Shown here: positions 1-10,037 of the stretch, one piece after another | Layout of the letters: each line of letters opens with the position of its first letter | Numbering within the stretch: position 1 is the first letter of the stretch | DNA from: Candidatus Levybacteria bacterium CG_4_9_14_0_2_um_filter_35_21 | GTDB lineage: Bacteria > Patescibacteriota > Microgenomatia > Levybacterales > UBA12049 | NCBI GenBank assembly: GCA_002788395.1 | Contig: PFRF01000043.1 | Location: forward strand, 1-47,235 | Direction of reading: 5' to 3' | DNA: 47,235 bases | The notes under the pieces: model-generated | The model's input: only the letters and a program-made list of their open reading frames with translations | Databases searched by the model: none | Told to the model about the DNA's origin: nothing | Translations under genes and position numbers: made by a program

Positions 1-2
1 TT

Positions 3-761
3 ACTGATTTTGAAACAGTTCTGGATAAAATTAGTGATTCTCAAGCATCTACAGTGTTTCATTTGGCGGCATATACAGATGTTAAGGGAGCAGAAGAAGA
101 AAAAGAGCTCAAGGAAAATAGTCAGTCATGGAAAATAAACGTAATTGGTACAGAAAACGTAGTTAAGGCGTGTGAGCAGACTGAAAAAAAAATAATTCAC
201 GTTTCAACAGATTTGGTTATAGGAGGGGATAATATGCCGGAGGGAGGATTTACAGAGGATGCCTTACCAAACCCCTTAAGCTGGTATGCAATAACTAAGC
301 ATGAGGCAGAAAAAATTATTGAAAAAATAAATTCTCCATGGTTAATCGCCAGAATAGCATACCCCTACAGAGCATCTTTTGAAAAACCTGATTTCGTCCG
401 CTTCTTTAGAGATTTACTAAAAGGAGGTAAGGAAATTTCTGTAATATCGGATCGATTAATCTCCCCGACTTTTATTGATGACCTTGCATTCGCTTTTGAA
501 GCATTAATGGAAAAAGATGTTACAGGAATTTTTCATGTAGTTGGGAGTCAGATTATAAGCTTACAGGATGCGGTTACTATGATTGCAGAGAACTTTAATT
601 TAGATAAGTCTTTAGTTAAAAAAACTACTAGGGAAGAATTCTTGGTTGGTCGTCCTCCTGAGCCCTTTTCATCTGCGCTTAGCAATGCTAAAATAAAACA
701 ACTTGGAATAAATATGCATACTTTTGAAGAAGGTTTGCATATTTTAAAGTTAAACATATGA
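3..761 (+). CDS. rmlD: dTDP-4-dehydrorhamnose reductase (RmlD family SDR), 5'-truncated by the window edge
   Basis: The frame is open from position 3 (TDFETVLDKI...VFHLAAYTDV). Motifs: HLAAYTDV, HVSTD, YxxxK (YAITK), SPTFIDDLA. Confidence 0.85.
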   Translation, partial: TDFETVLDKISDSQASTVFHLAAYTDVKGAEEEKELKENSQSWKINVIGTENVVKACEQTEKKIIHVSTDLVIGGDNMPEGGFTEDALPNPLSWYAITKHEAEKIIEKINSPWLIARIAYPYRASFEKPDFVRFFRDLLKGGKEISVISDRLISPTFIDDLAFAFEALMEKDVTGIFHVVGSQIISLQDAVTMIAENFNLDKSLVKKTTREEFLVGRPPEPFSSALSNAKIKQLGINMHTFEEGLHILKLNI

Positions 762-2047
762 CAATTACATTTATAGGGCATGGGTATGTGGGATTAGTTA
801 CAGCATCCATCTTTGCTGATTTAGGAAATACTGTTTGGGTTGTTGGACATACTCCTGAAAAGATTGAAAACCTGAAGAAGGGAATAATTCCAATATTTGA
901 GCCGGGACTGGAAGAAATTGTAAAAAGAAATGTTAGAGCAGGTAGGCTTCTGTTTACGATGGATTATGACAAAGCAATCCCGGAGTCTTCGGCAATATTT
1001 ATTGCAGTTGGTACTCCTCCAAAGAGTACCGGAGAAGCAGATTTAACCGTAGTTTATGCTGTAGCGGAGAAATTAGCAAACCATCTTAGCGGATATACGG
1101 TAGTTTCCGTAAAGAGCACTGTTCCTGTTGGAACAAATAAAAAAGTTAAGAAATTAATTGAGGATTTAAAACCGGAAAAAGCGGAATTTGATATTGCTTC
1201 CATACCGGAGTTTTTAAGAGAAGGACAGGCAATCTCCGACACGATGCATCCCGATAGGATAGTAATTGGTACGGAATCAAAAAAAGCACAGGATCTAATG
1301 GTTGAACTCCATGAACCAATAGATGGTAATTATGTGTTAACAAATATCGAGACTGCGGAAATGATTAAGTATGCTGCTAACGCATTTCTGGCAACAAAAA
1401 TCTCATTTGCCAATGCAATCGCTTATCTCTCCGAATTAACAGGTGCAGATGGTTTAAAGGTTCTGGAAGCAGTTGGTTTTGATAAAAGAGTGGGATCGGC
1501 ATTCCTTTCTCCAGGGGCAGGATACGGTGGGAGCTGTTTTCCTAAAGACGTTAAGGCATTAATTGCCATTGCCGGTCAAAATGGTTATGATTTCGAGCTC
1601 TTAAAGTCTGTAGAAAAAATAAATACAATCGCCATGAACGATATCTTTAAAAAAGCGGAAAAAAGTTTAGGAGGAGTTAAAGATAAATCGATTGCAGTCT
1701 TGGGGTTGTCCTTTAAGCCGGATACGGACGACATGAGAGATGCTCCATCGGTTGTAATCATAAATAAACTTCTGGAAAAAGGAGCGAAAATAAAAGTTTT
1801 TGATCCTGTTGCCATGAATAATGCGAAAAAAATAATTAAAGGAATAGAATATTGTAAAGATTCTTATGAAACTGCAAAAGAGAGCGAAATATTAATAGTC
1901 TTAACCGAATGGAATGAATTTAGACAAATAGATCTTAAAAAAGTTGGAAAGTTAATGAAGAAAAAAATAATAATAGATGCCAGAAATATTTATGATCCTG
2001 AAAAAGTTAAGGAATTTGGGTTTATTTATATTGGGGTTGGAAGATGA
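758..2047 (+). CDS. ugd: UDP-glucose 6-dehydrogenase
   Basis: IGHGYVGL Rossmann motif, PEFLREG, catalytic GYGGSCFPKD, FKPDTDDMR. ATGA overlap with the upstream gene. Confidence 0.93.
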   Translation: MTITFIGHGYVGLVTASIFADLGNTVWVVGHTPEKIENLKKGIIPIFEPGLEEIVKRNVRAGRLLFTMDYDKAIPESSAIFIAVGTPPKSTGEADLTVVYAVAEKLANHLSGYTVVSVKSTVPVGTNKKVKKLIEDLKPEKAEFDIASIPEFLREGQAISDTMHPDRIVIGTESKKAQDLMVELHEPIDGNYVLTNIETAEMIKYAANAFLATKISFANAIAYLSELTGADGLKVLEAVGFDKRVGSAFLSPGAGYGGSCFPKDVKALIAIAGQNGYDFELLKSVEKINTIAMNDIFKKAEKSLGGVKDKSIAVLGLSFKPDTDDMRDAPSVVIINKLLEKGAKIKVFDPVAMNNAKKIIKGIEYCKDSYETAKESEILIVLTEWNEFRQIDLKKVGKLMKKKIIIDARNIYDPEKVKEFGFIYIGVGR

Positions 2048-3003
2048 AAAAAGTTCTAATTACGGGATCTACAGGATTTGCCGGATCGCACCTTCTCCGT
2101 TATTTAGATACCTTGGGTAATTATGAACTATTCGGAACGTATCTTACAGAAGGTAGTCTTAATAATGTTGCTGATTTTTCTCAAAAAATAAATTTTGAAA
2201 AAATAGATTTAAGTCTTCAGGATAAAGTTGAGGAAATGATTGCCAAAATTAAACCTGATTATATTTTTCACCTTGCTGCGTTAGCATCATCTTCCAAAAG
2301 CTTTGATAATCCAAAACAAACATTGGTTAGCAATATCGAAACGGAATTAAATATTTTAGAGGGTGTTAGGAAAGCAAATTTATTTGAAACAAGGATTTTA
2401 ATTGTTTCCTCTGCAGAAATTTACGGTAAGGTGGATAAGGGTAATAATCCCCTTAATGAAGAAGCCCCTTTTAACCCTACCAGTTCATATGCCGTATCGA
2501 AAATTGCTCAAGACTTCCTAGGTTTACAGTATTTTCTAACTTATAATCTAAAAACAATTAGGGTTAGACCATTTAACCATATTGGCCCGGCACAATCTCA
2601 GGGATTTGTTGTCGCGGATTTTGCCAAAAAAATTGTTCAAATAGAAAAAGGAAAGATAAAACCAATATTAAAGGTTGGAAACTTAGAAACAAGCAGAGAT
2701 TTTACAGACGTTAGGGATATGGTTAAAGCTTACGTGCTTTTAATGGAAAAAGGGGAACCTGGAGGTGTCTATAACATCGGATCGGGTATTTCTTATAAAA
2801 TTTCTGAGATATTGGAAAAACTTATATCATTATCAAAAGTAAAGATAAAAGTTAAGGCTGATAAATCGTTATTTAGACCTGTTGATAATACGGAGCTTGT
2901 CTGTGATTTTTCTAAAATGAAAAAAATTACCGATTGGAAACCCGAGATTTTAATTGAAAAAACTTTAAAAGATACTCTGGACTATTTTAGAAATATAATT
3001 TAG
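2044..3003 (+). CDS. GDP-4-keto-6-deoxy-D-mannose reductase (Rmd)-like extended SDR
   Basis: [45 protein letters not shown]; adjacent to gmd. Confidence 0.75.
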   Translation: MKKVLITGSTGFAGSHLLRYLDTLGNYELFGTYLTEGSLNNVADFSQKINFEKIDLSLQDKVEEMIAKIKPDYIFHLAALASSSKSFDNPKQTLVSNIETELNILEGVRKANLFETRILIVSSAEIYGKVDKGNNPLNEEAPFNPTSSYAVSKIAQDFLGLQYFLTYNLKTIRVRPFNHIGPAQSQGFVVADFAKKIVQIEKGKIKPILKVGNLETSRDFTDVRDMVKAYVLLMEKGEPGGVYNIGSGISYKISEILEKLISLSKVKIKVKADKSLFRPVDNTELVCDFSKMKKITDWKPEILIEKTLKDTLDYFRNII

Positions 3004-3013
3004 AATAATATTT

Positions 3014-3982
3014 ATGAAAAGAGCTTTAATTACAGGTATTACAGGACAAGACGGATCATATCTGGCAGAATTTTTGTTAAAAAAAGATTATAAAGTTTTT
3101 GGCTTAACCCGTAGAACCAGTACTGTAAATAATGAAAGAATTGCTCATATTCAAGAAAAAATAGAATTATTGCAGGGAGATCTTTTGGATCAAAGCTCTC
3201 TATCGGAAGCAATTCTTAAATCGGAACCGGATGAGGTCTATAATTTAGCTGCCCAATCGTTTGTTAAAACTTCTTGGAATCAGCCTGTTCTAACGGGAGA
3301 ATTTACAGCATTAGGTGTAACCAGAATTCTTGAGGCAATAAGGGTTCTTAATCCAAAGATTAAATTTTACCAGGCATCTTCATCGGAAATGTTTGGAAAA
3401 GTAACAGAAACTCCACAAAAAGAAACAACGAGATTTCATCCCAGAAGTCCCTATGGTGTTGCAAAGGTTTACGGTCATTATTTAACTCTTAATTATAGAG
3501 AAAGCTATGATATATTTGCTTGTTCAGGTATACTTTTTAACCATGAATCTCCAAGAAGAGGATTAGAGTTTGTTACAAGAAAAATTAGTCATGCTGTTGC
3601 AAGAATTTCGCTTGGTAAACAAAAAACGCTTGAACTGGGAAGTCTTGATCCAAAAAGAGATTGGGGGTTTGCCGGTGACTATGTCGAGGCAATGTGGTTA
3701 ATGCTTAATCAAAATGAACCAGACGATTTTGTTATAGCAACGGGAGAAAATCATTCGGTAAGAGAGTTTGTGAATTTATCGTTTGAGGCAGTAGGGATAA
3801 AAAATTGGGAAAAATATGTAGTAACAGACCATCCAGACCATATGAGACCGGCAGAAGTTGACTATCTAATTGGTGATTGCAGTAAGGCAAAGAAAAAATT
3901 AGGCTGGGAAGCAAAAACAAGCTTTAAAGAGTTGGTGAAAATGATGGTTAAAGCAGACCTCGAATCCGAAAAAGATAGATAA
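3014..3982 (+). CDS. gmd: GDP-mannose 4,6-dehydratase
   Basis: [55 protein letters not shown]. Confidence 0.96.
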   Translation: MKRALITGITGQDGSYLAEFLLKKDYKVFGLTRRTSTVNNERIAHIQEKIELLQGDLLDQSSLSEAILKSEPDEVYNLAAQSFVKTSWNQPVLTGEFTALGVTRILEAIRVLNPKIKFYQASSSEMFGKVTETPQKETTRFHPRSPYGVAKVYGHYLTLNYRESYDIFACSGILFNHESPRRGLEFVTRKISHAVARISLGKQKTLELGSLDPKRDWGFAGDYVEAMWLMLNQNEPDDFVIATGENHSVREFVNLSFEAVGIKNWEKYVVTDHPDHMRPAEVDYLIGDCSKAKKKLGWEAKTSFKELVKMMVKADLESEKDR

Positions 3983-3984
3983 TT

Positions 3985-4935
3985 ATGCAGACTGTTTTAG
4001 TGGCCGGGGGAGCAGGATTTATTGGTTCTCATCTTTGCCGCGAATTATTAAAAGAAAATTTTAGAGTGATTTGCTTAGATAATCTTATAACCGGAGAAAA
4101 AGAAAATATTAAAGATTTTTTAACGAATAATAACTTTTCTTTTAAAGAAGTAGATATTACTAAAGATTTTTTTCTGGAAGAAAAAATACACTATATTTTT
4201 GATTTGGCATCTCCGGCCTCTCCAAATGCAAAAAGTTCCAGAAGCTATATAGCTTTTCCAATAGAAACACTTCTTGTAAATTCAATTGGAACATACAATT
4301 TATTAAGAATTGCCAAAGAAAATAAAGCTAAATTTCTTTATGTTTCTTCATCGGAAATTTATGGAGATCCGGAGGTAAATCCTCAGCCCGAAACATATCA
4401 TGGATACGTTAATCCAAATGGGATTAGATCGGTATATGATGAGGGAAAGAGATTTGGCGAGTCAATGACGATGGCTTTTTTTAGAAAATATAACTTAGAC
4501 ATTAGGATTATTAGAATTTTTAATACCTTTGGTCCAATTATGAGAGCAGACGATGGAAGAGTTGTTTCTAATTTTATTAACCAGGCTTTAAAAAACGAAC
4601 CGTTAACGATTTACGGAACAGGAAAACAAACCAGAAGCTTTTGCTACATAGATGATATGGTGTTGGGACTAAAAAAGGCGATGTTTTCCGAAAATTCCAA
4701 CGGAGAAGTCTTTAATTTGGGAAATCCGGATGAAAGAACGGTTCAAGAGATGGCAAAGCTAATTAAAGAACTAACTAATTCAGAGTCAAAAATCGAGTTT
4801 GAATCTTTGCCCGAAGATGATCCGAAGATCAGAAAGCCGGATATCGGCAAAGCGAAAAGATTGTTGAATTGGGAACCAAAAGTATCTATTGAAATGGGCA
4901 TAGAAAAAACCATACAATATTTTAAGAAACTATGA
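3985..4935 (+). CDS. UDP-glucuronate decarboxylase (UDP-xylose synthase)-like SDR
   Basis: GGAGFIGSHL, LASPASP, SSSEIYGDP, RSVYDEGKR, RIFNTFGP, DGRVVSNFI, QTRSFCY, DDPKIRKPDI. Confidence 0.85.
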   Translation: MQTVLVAGGAGFIGSHLCRELLKENFRVICLDNLITGEKENIKDFLTNNNFSFKEVDITKDFFLEEKIHYIFDLASPASPNAKSSRSYIAFPIETLLVNSIGTYNLLRIAKENKAKFLYVSSSEIYGDPEVNPQPETYHGYVNPNGIRSVYDEGKRFGESMTMAFFRKYNLDIRIIRIFNTFGPIMRADDGRVVSNFINQALKNEPLTIYGTGKQTRSFCYIDDMVLGLKKAMFSENSNGEVFNLGNPDERTVQEMAKLIKELTNSESKIEFESLPEDDPKIRKPDIGKAKRLLNWEPKVSIEMGIEKTIQYFKKL

Positions 4936-6062
4936 AAGTCGTAATTATTATTCCTACCTACAACGAAAAAGGTAATATCGACAGAATTGTACCTACCCTT
5001 GAGGAAGAAATTTTTCCGCAAATTAAAAACCACGAAATGGCTATTTTAGTTGCTGATGATAGGTCTCCTGATGGTACAGCAGATCAAGTTAAAAAGCTTA
5101 TGGAAAAATGGAAAAATATCGATCTTATCTCCGGAGAAAAGCAAGGGTTAGGAGCTGCCTACATGAGAGCAATGGCTTACGCAATCGATAGAATGGGGGC
5201 AGAAGTTATGTTTGAGATGGACGCGGATTTGTCTCATGATCCACATAAAGTTCCGGATTTCTTACAAAAAATAGACGAAGGAGCAGATTTTGTAATTGGT
5301 ACGCGCTATAGCGAAGGAGGTTCAATTCCCGAGAACTGGGGATTAATTAGGAAAATTTATTCTATATTCGGCAATATTCTGATAAGAATAATTTTAATGC
5401 GGTTTTCTATTCATGATTGGACCGGTGGATATAGGGCAATTAAGAAAGAGGTTTTTCTAAACGAAAGTAAAAAAATAAAAGAGGTTAGAAATTATACTTT
5501 TCAAATATCTTTCTTACATCATGCGGTTCAAGACGGTTTTAAGGTTGCGGAAGTGCCGATTAATTTTACAGATAGAACCATGGGAAGATCAAAGCTTGCT
5601 GCAAAATCTTATATAATAGGCGTATTAAAATATTGTTTTATTGCAAGATTTAAAGAACTGGCGTTTGGTCCTTTTGGAAAATTTCTTGTTGTTGGGGGAA
5701 CAGGTTTCGTAATACAGTTTGTTATTTACAATTTATTTATTAAATATGCGAGTTTACCTTTAGCTTTCGGAAGCTGGGTTGCGGCTCAGCCGGCAATATT
5801 CTCCAATTTTAACCTTAATAATTTATGGACATTTAAAGAAGACAAAAGTAAAGGTTTTCTAAGCTACATTACAAAAATTGTTATTTTTTTCTTTACTTCA
5901 AATATTGGGGTTTTATTTATCCAATCCGGAATAATTTATATTCTTGAATATCTATTCGGAAGAAAATACGCAAATTTCTACTTTATTTTTGCTACAGCTG
6001 TTCTTTTAGTCTGGAACTTTACAATGTATAGATTTGTCATTTGGAGAAAAAAAACCTCATAA
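4932..6062 (+). CDS. GT2 polyprenol-phosphate glycosyltransferase (DPM1-like) fused to a C-terminal GtrA-like flippase domain
   Basis: IIPTYNE, DDRSPDGT, GLGAAY, EMDADLSHDP. The C-terminal four-TM domain has KFLVVGGTG...NFNLNNLWTF...WNF. Confidence 0.88.
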   Translation: MKVVIIIPTYNEKGNIDRIVPTLEEEIFPQIKNHEMAILVADDRSPDGTADQVKKLMEKWKNIDLISGEKQGLGAAYMRAMAYAIDRMGAEVMFEMDADLSHDPHKVPDFLQKIDEGADFVIGTRYSEGGSIPENWGLIRKIYSIFGNILIRIILMRFSIHDWTGGYRAIKKEVFLNESKKIKEVRNYTFQISFLHHAVQDGFKVAEVPINFTDRTMGRSKLAAKSYIIGVLKYCFIARFKELAFGPFGKFLVVGGTGFVIQFVIYNLFIKYASLPLAFGSWVAAQPAIFSNFNLNNLWTFKEDKSKGFLSYITKIVIFFFTSNIGVLFIQSGIIYILEYLFGRKYANFYFIFATAVLLVWNFTMYRFVIWRKKTS

Positions 6063-7646
6063 ATGAGAATTAATAATTCAGAATTTAGAATTCAGAATTT
6101 ATTTCGTTGGTTTCCGATTGTTAGTATCCTTTTTGTTTCTGCTTTTTTAAGACTTTATAGAATCCGGGATTATATGACTTTTTTAGGAGACGAAGGAAGA
6201 GATGCAATTGTGGTCTATAACATCCTACATGGCAAATTAACACTGCTTGGTCCAACCGCTTCGGTTGGGGGATTTTTTTTAGGACCAATTTACTATTATT
6301 TTATGGCGGTTTTTACCTTTATATTTAATTATGATCCCGTAGGTCCTTCGGTAATGGTTGCAGTCTTTGGTATTGCGACAGTGTGGTTAGTATATAAGGT
6401 TTGTAATGAATTTTTTGGAAAGTATGTTGCCACTGTTGCGGCGCTTCTATATGCAGTATCTCCTATTGTGGTTGCCTATTCGCGGTCTTCCTGGAATCCA
6501 AATCCTTTACCATTTTTTTCGTTACTTATCCTCTATCTTTTATATAAAGCTTTAACAAAAAACAAAAAATATTTATTTATAGTCAGCGGTTTTCTGCTTG
6601 GAATAGCCCTGCAGCTTCATTATCTAGCACTGTTTTTGGGAGTAGTTTTAGGATTTTATATTTTTTTATCTAACATAAAATCAGTTAAAAATCTTCCTAA
6701 ATTAATCTCCGGGTTAACTATGCAATATTTTTTAATATTTGCCGGTTTTTTGGTGGGATGGTTGCCGTTTTTAGCATTTGAATTTCGTCATGGCTTTCCT
6801 AATATTCAAAGTATTTTTAATTTTATTTTTCATTCCGGGCAAACAGGGAAAACCAGCCAAACACTTGCAATTATTTATGATGTTTTCTTTAGGCTTTTTG
6901 GAAGGTTAGTTGCTTCTTTTCCAACTCCGGAAAAAGTTAATTTTAACAATCCGATGTTTGCGGCATGGTATTTATTTATTTTGTTGCTTGGCGTTATAAG
7001 TATTTTAACTTTAATACTTAAATTATTTAAATCGTTTAAAAAAGAAAACATTGAATATAATAAATATTTATTACTTTTTTCTTGGGTATTTTTTGGAATA
7101 CTAATGTTTGGTTTTTACAAAAAAACTATTTACGAATACTATTTTGGTTTTATGTTTCCGGTACCATTTATTTTAGTCGGACTTAGTATACTCGAGCTCA
7201 AAGAACGATTGCCGAAATTCGGAAAAATTGCTGCTCCGATACTGGTATGTGCACTTTTTCTAATAAATATTCAGGGCGTGCCATTCCGTTATGAGCCAAA
7301 TAGACAGTTGAATCAGATGGAGCAAGTTTCCAACTTTGTTTTTACAAAAACAGATGCAAAACCATTTAATTTTGCTCTTATCTCCGGTAATAACTCAGAT
7401 CATGCGTATAGGTATTTTTTTACAGTCTGGGGTAGACCTCCTGTAACCATAGAATATTCGGGAAAAGATCCTCTAAGAAAATCCGTAATGGATCAACTAT
7501 TTGTTGTATGCGAGAGTTTGCCATGTAGGCCGGAAGGGAATTCTCTTTGGGAAATTGCCGGTTTTGGTAGGGCACAAATTGTAGGAGAATGGAACGTCTC
7601 CGTTGTAAAAGTCTATAAGCTAGAACATTATAAAGGTAAAAAGTAA
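6063..7646 (+). CDS. ArnT/PMT-like GT-C membrane glycosyltransferase
   Basis: Multi-TM protein with an acidic DE motif after the first TM (FLGDEGRD), GPIYYY and SRSSWNPN. Confidence 0.8.
   Translation: MRINNSEFRIQNLFRWFPIVSILFVSAFLRLYRIRDYMTFLGDEGRDAIVVYNILHGKLTLLGPTASVGGFFLGPIYYYFMAVFTFIFNYDPVGPSVMVAVFGIATVWLVYKVCNEFFGKYVATVAALLYAVSPIVVAYSRSSWNPNPLPFFSLLILYLLYKALTKNKKYLFIVSGFLLGIALQLHYLALFLGVVLGFYIFLSNIKSVKNLPKLISGLTMQYFLIFAGFLVGWLPFLAFEFRHGFPNIQSIFNFIFHSGQTGKTSQTLAIIYDVFFRLFGRLVASFPTPEKVNFNNPMFAAWYLFILLLGVISILTLILKLFKSFKKENIEYNKYLLLFSWVFFGILMFGFYKKTIYEYYFGFMFPVPFILVGLSILELKERLPKFGKIAAPILVCALFLINIQGVPFRYEPNRQLNQMEQVSNFVFTKTDAKPFNFALISGNNSDHAYRYFFTVWGRPPVTIEYSGKDPLRKSVMDQLFVVCESLPCRPEGNSLWEIAGFGRAQIVGEWNVSVVKVYKLEHYKGKK
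6064..6098 (+). repeat. Degenerate heptamer tandem tract at the 5' end of the GT-C gene
   Basis: tgagaat taataat tcagaat ttagaat tcagaat, encoding MRINNSEFRIQN. Confidence 0.8.
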
Positions 7647-7755
7647 GAGATGTCTTAGACATTCCCATCTGTCAGCGCTTGCCAGCTCGCATGCCGAGCA
7701 AAGCGAGGCGACCAGACCACATTTTAAGGTAGAAGAATTAAATAGAGAATCCAAA

Positions 7756-7785
7756 TAAAACCCCCCAAGAAATTGAGGGGTTTTA
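7756..7785 (-). terminator. Intrinsic terminator hairpin, possibly bidirectional, between convergent genes
   Basis: taaaaccccccaa-gaaa-ttgaggggtttta. A second hairpin, tttcttgaa...ttcaagaaa, lies at 7789-7824. Confidence 0.7.
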
Positions 7786-7826
7786 CTGTTTCTTGAATAT
7801 TTCCTTCGAAGGACTTTCAAGAAAGA

Positions 7827-7970
7827 CTAAGCAGCTCCAATTCTGTACATTCCTGTACCACAAACTGGGCATTTCCCTTTAAGGGCCGGTTTACCATTTT
7901 TCATGGTAACTTTTTGTGCATTCGCATCTTCTCTTTTTTCTCTGCATTTCACGCAATACATTTGTGCCAT
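7827..7970 (-). CDS. 47-aa zinc-ribbon protein, DUF5679-like (not in the ORF track)
   Basis: MAQMYCVKCREKREDANAQKVTMKNGKPALKGKCPVCGTGMYRIGAA*, with two CxxC pairs, a strong SD (GGAGGTGA) 7 nt upstream and terminator hairpins downstream. Confidence 0.88.
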   Translation of the reverse strand: MAQMYCVKCREKREDANAQKVTMKNGKPALKGKCPVCGTGMYRIGAA

Positions 7971-8051
7971 TATATAATCACCTCCCCTCATCCGTCGTTA
8001 CTATACTAGGACGGAGTTCAATGTTTGAAATATCTCTTTTACGCATAATCC

Positions 8052-8324
8052 TTAATATATTAGTCCGGGTAAAAAAAAGATATGATTTCTTAAAAAGAAA
8101 TAAAGTGCAAATTGGATTACAATAATGGATAAAGTAAGCAGCGTAGTTTTTTTTAAATCTGCCCGCAAATAAGGGTAAAGAACAGTCTTGGTAGGTGTAA
8201 CCAATAGCGGTTGTTCTTGATTTTTTGGGACAATTTTATAGGAGAAAGTGGCTTTTTGACCGAAAGATAATTGCCGACGATGATCAGATTCTATCTTTTC
8301 TTGTCTTGTCCTTCTCTTAGGCAT
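8052..8324 (-). CDS. Small hypothetical protein with a basic N-terminus and a C-terminal TM helix
   Basis: 90-aa ORF with an ATG start, downstream of a divergent promoter. Confidence 0.7.
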   Translation of the reverse strand: MPKRRTRQEKIESDHRRQLSFGQKATFSYKIVPKNQEQPLLVTPTKTVLYPYLRADLKKTTLLTLSIIVIQFALYFFLRNHIFFLPGLIY

Positions 8325-8346
8325 GTTCGAAGCCTAGATTACACTA

Positions 8347-8376
8347 CTTGACACTACCATGTCAAGAGGCTAACAT
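8347..8376. promoter_or_regulatory. Overlapping divergent sigma70 promoters built on an inverted TTGACA pair
   Basis: cTTGACA-ctacca-TGTCAAg palindrome. Plus strand: TTGACA-17-TAACAT. Minus strand: TTGACA-18-TAATCT. Confidence 0.6.
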
Positions 8377-8388
8377 AGATAAATATCT

Positions 8389-8856
8389 ATGTTGCTTAAT
8401 TTTGCCTACCTCGGTTTTGGAATTTTATTTTTATGGTTAATAATACTTACAGTTTATTTTTGGAAACTTTCCTCTCATTATAATAAGCTTACAAAAGGCG
8501 CAAACGGTAAAAGTTTAAATATTATTTTAGAAAATCTTTTAAAGGACATGGATCTTTCCAAAAAAGACATAGAAAAGCTTAAGAGATATTCGGAAAAACT
8601 TTATAAAGATAGCCTTTTGCATATTCAGAGGGTTGGACTGGTCCGCTACAATCCTTTTAAAGATACTGGAGGAGATCAAAGTTTTGTGTTATCCTTAACT
8701 GACGGACACAATACGGGGGTTGTTATCTCCGCTCTTTATTCAAGGTCGGGTACGAGATGGTATGCTAAGAGAGTAAATGGAGGAAAGGGTGTAGATAACG
8801 AGTTATCGGAAGAAGAGAAAAGATCAATCAAGGAAGCACGGGGGATAAATAAATGA
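8389..8856 (+). CDS. DUF4446 family membrane-anchored protein
   Basis: N-terminal TM, then VGLVRYNPFKDTGGDQSFVLSL...GVVISALYSR...YAK...LSEEE. Confidence 0.8.
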   Translation: MLLNFAYLGFGILFLWLIILTVYFWKLSSHYNKLTKGANGKSLNIILENLLKDMDLSKKDIEKLKRYSEKLYKDSLLHIQRVGLVRYNPFKDTGGDQSFVLSLTDGHNTGVVISALYSRSGTRWYAKRVNGGKGVDNELSEEEKRSIKEARGINK

Positions 8857-10028
8857 AAAAGAACACTATATATTCGATATTATTAACCTTGGCTGTATAT
8901 TTTTTAACTGCAGGGCTTTCCTATTTTGTTTTTTCTCCGGGGGGAATTGCTTCTCAGGGGATAACGTCTCCCGTAGCCGCTCCTTCAAAAGCTGCAGACG
9001 GGCAAACTATTTTCGACAGTAATCAGCCTAAAACAGAAAGCTGTCCGATAAATGGTGCTTTGTACTCAAAACAACAGAGGGCATGGTGGGAAAAACATAG
9101 ACCTTTAGGGATAATGATTGAAAATCATCAAGAAGCAAGACCGCAATCGGGATTATCCTCTGCAGATACAATTTATGAAACAGTAGCAGAGGGTGGAATC
9201 ACCAGATTTTTGGCAATATTTTATTGTCAGGATGCAGGACAAGTGGGTCCAATAAGATCTGCCAGAACTTACTTTTTAGATTTTGCTTCGGAATATGGTG
9301 ATCATCCTTTATACACTCACGTTGGTGGAGCAAATCAGCCTGGGCCTGCGGATGCACTTTCCCAAATTAATGACTACGACTGGGGAGGGTATAATGACAT
9401 GAATCAATTCGCGATTGGTTTCCCTGTCTTTTGGAGGGATTCTAACCGCCTTGGTCATCCTGCAGCCACAGAGCACACAATGTATTCAACAACCGGTAAA
9501 TTGTGGGAATATGCTGCAGTAACACGAGGTTTAAAAGATACAGACAAAAAAGGGACAGCGTGGACGGAAGGATTTACTCCATATTCTTTTAAAGAAGATA
9601 CTGCTACTTCCGGTAGGCCAACCAGTCAAACTGTTCATCTTGAGTTTTGGTCATCGGATAAAAATTATTTTGTTGATTGGACATATGACCCCGTAGCAAA
9701 TGAATACAAAAGAGCTAATAGTGGGGTTATCCACATAGATAGAGATACAAACAAACAGTTGACAACTAAAAACATTGTAGTATTATCCATGGTAGAAAGC
9801 AGTGCAAACGATGGATATGAGAATAACGCGCATTTGCTTTATAAAACTAAAGGGACAGGTAAAGCAACAGTCTTTATGGACGGAAAGAAAATAACAGGAA
9901 CATGGAAGAAGAGCGGCAGGACAGCAAGAACAATAATTACAGACAGTAGCGGAAACCCTGTTAAGTTCAACTATGGAAAAATATGGTTTGAGATCCTGCC
10001 CACAGACGGAGTCGTTACTGTCAAATAA
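8853..10028 (+). CDS. DUF3048 (YerB-like) exported protein
   Basis: RPLGIMIENHQEARPQSGLSSAD..YE..AEGGITRFLA, GPIRSARTYF; N-terminal TM. Confidence 0.85.
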   Translation: MKKNTIYSILLTLAVYFLTAGLSYFVFSPGGIASQGITSPVAAPSKAADGQTIFDSNQPKTESCPINGALYSKQQRAWWEKHRPLGIMIENHQEARPQSGLSSADTIYETVAEGGITRFLAIFYCQDAGQVGPIRSARTYFLDFASEYGDHPLYTHVGGANQPGPADALSQINDYDWGGYNDMNQFAIGFPVFWRDSNRLGHPAATEHTMYSTTGKLWEYAAVTRGLKDTDKKGTAWTEGFTPYSFKEDTATSGRPTSQTVHLEFWSSDKNYFVDWTYDPVANEYKRANSGVIHIDRDTNKQLTTKNIVVLSMVESSANDGYENNAHLLYKTKGTGKATVFMDGKKITGTWKKSGRTARTIITDSSGNPVKFNYGKIWFEILPTDGVVTVK

Positions 10029-10037
10029 AGGTGGGTT

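Noticed and set aside
7916..8125. 69-aa plus-strand ORF, and the 7620-7820 minus-strand ORF
   Set aside because: They overlap the better-supported zinc-ribbon gene or terminator hairpins and have no recognisable coding features.
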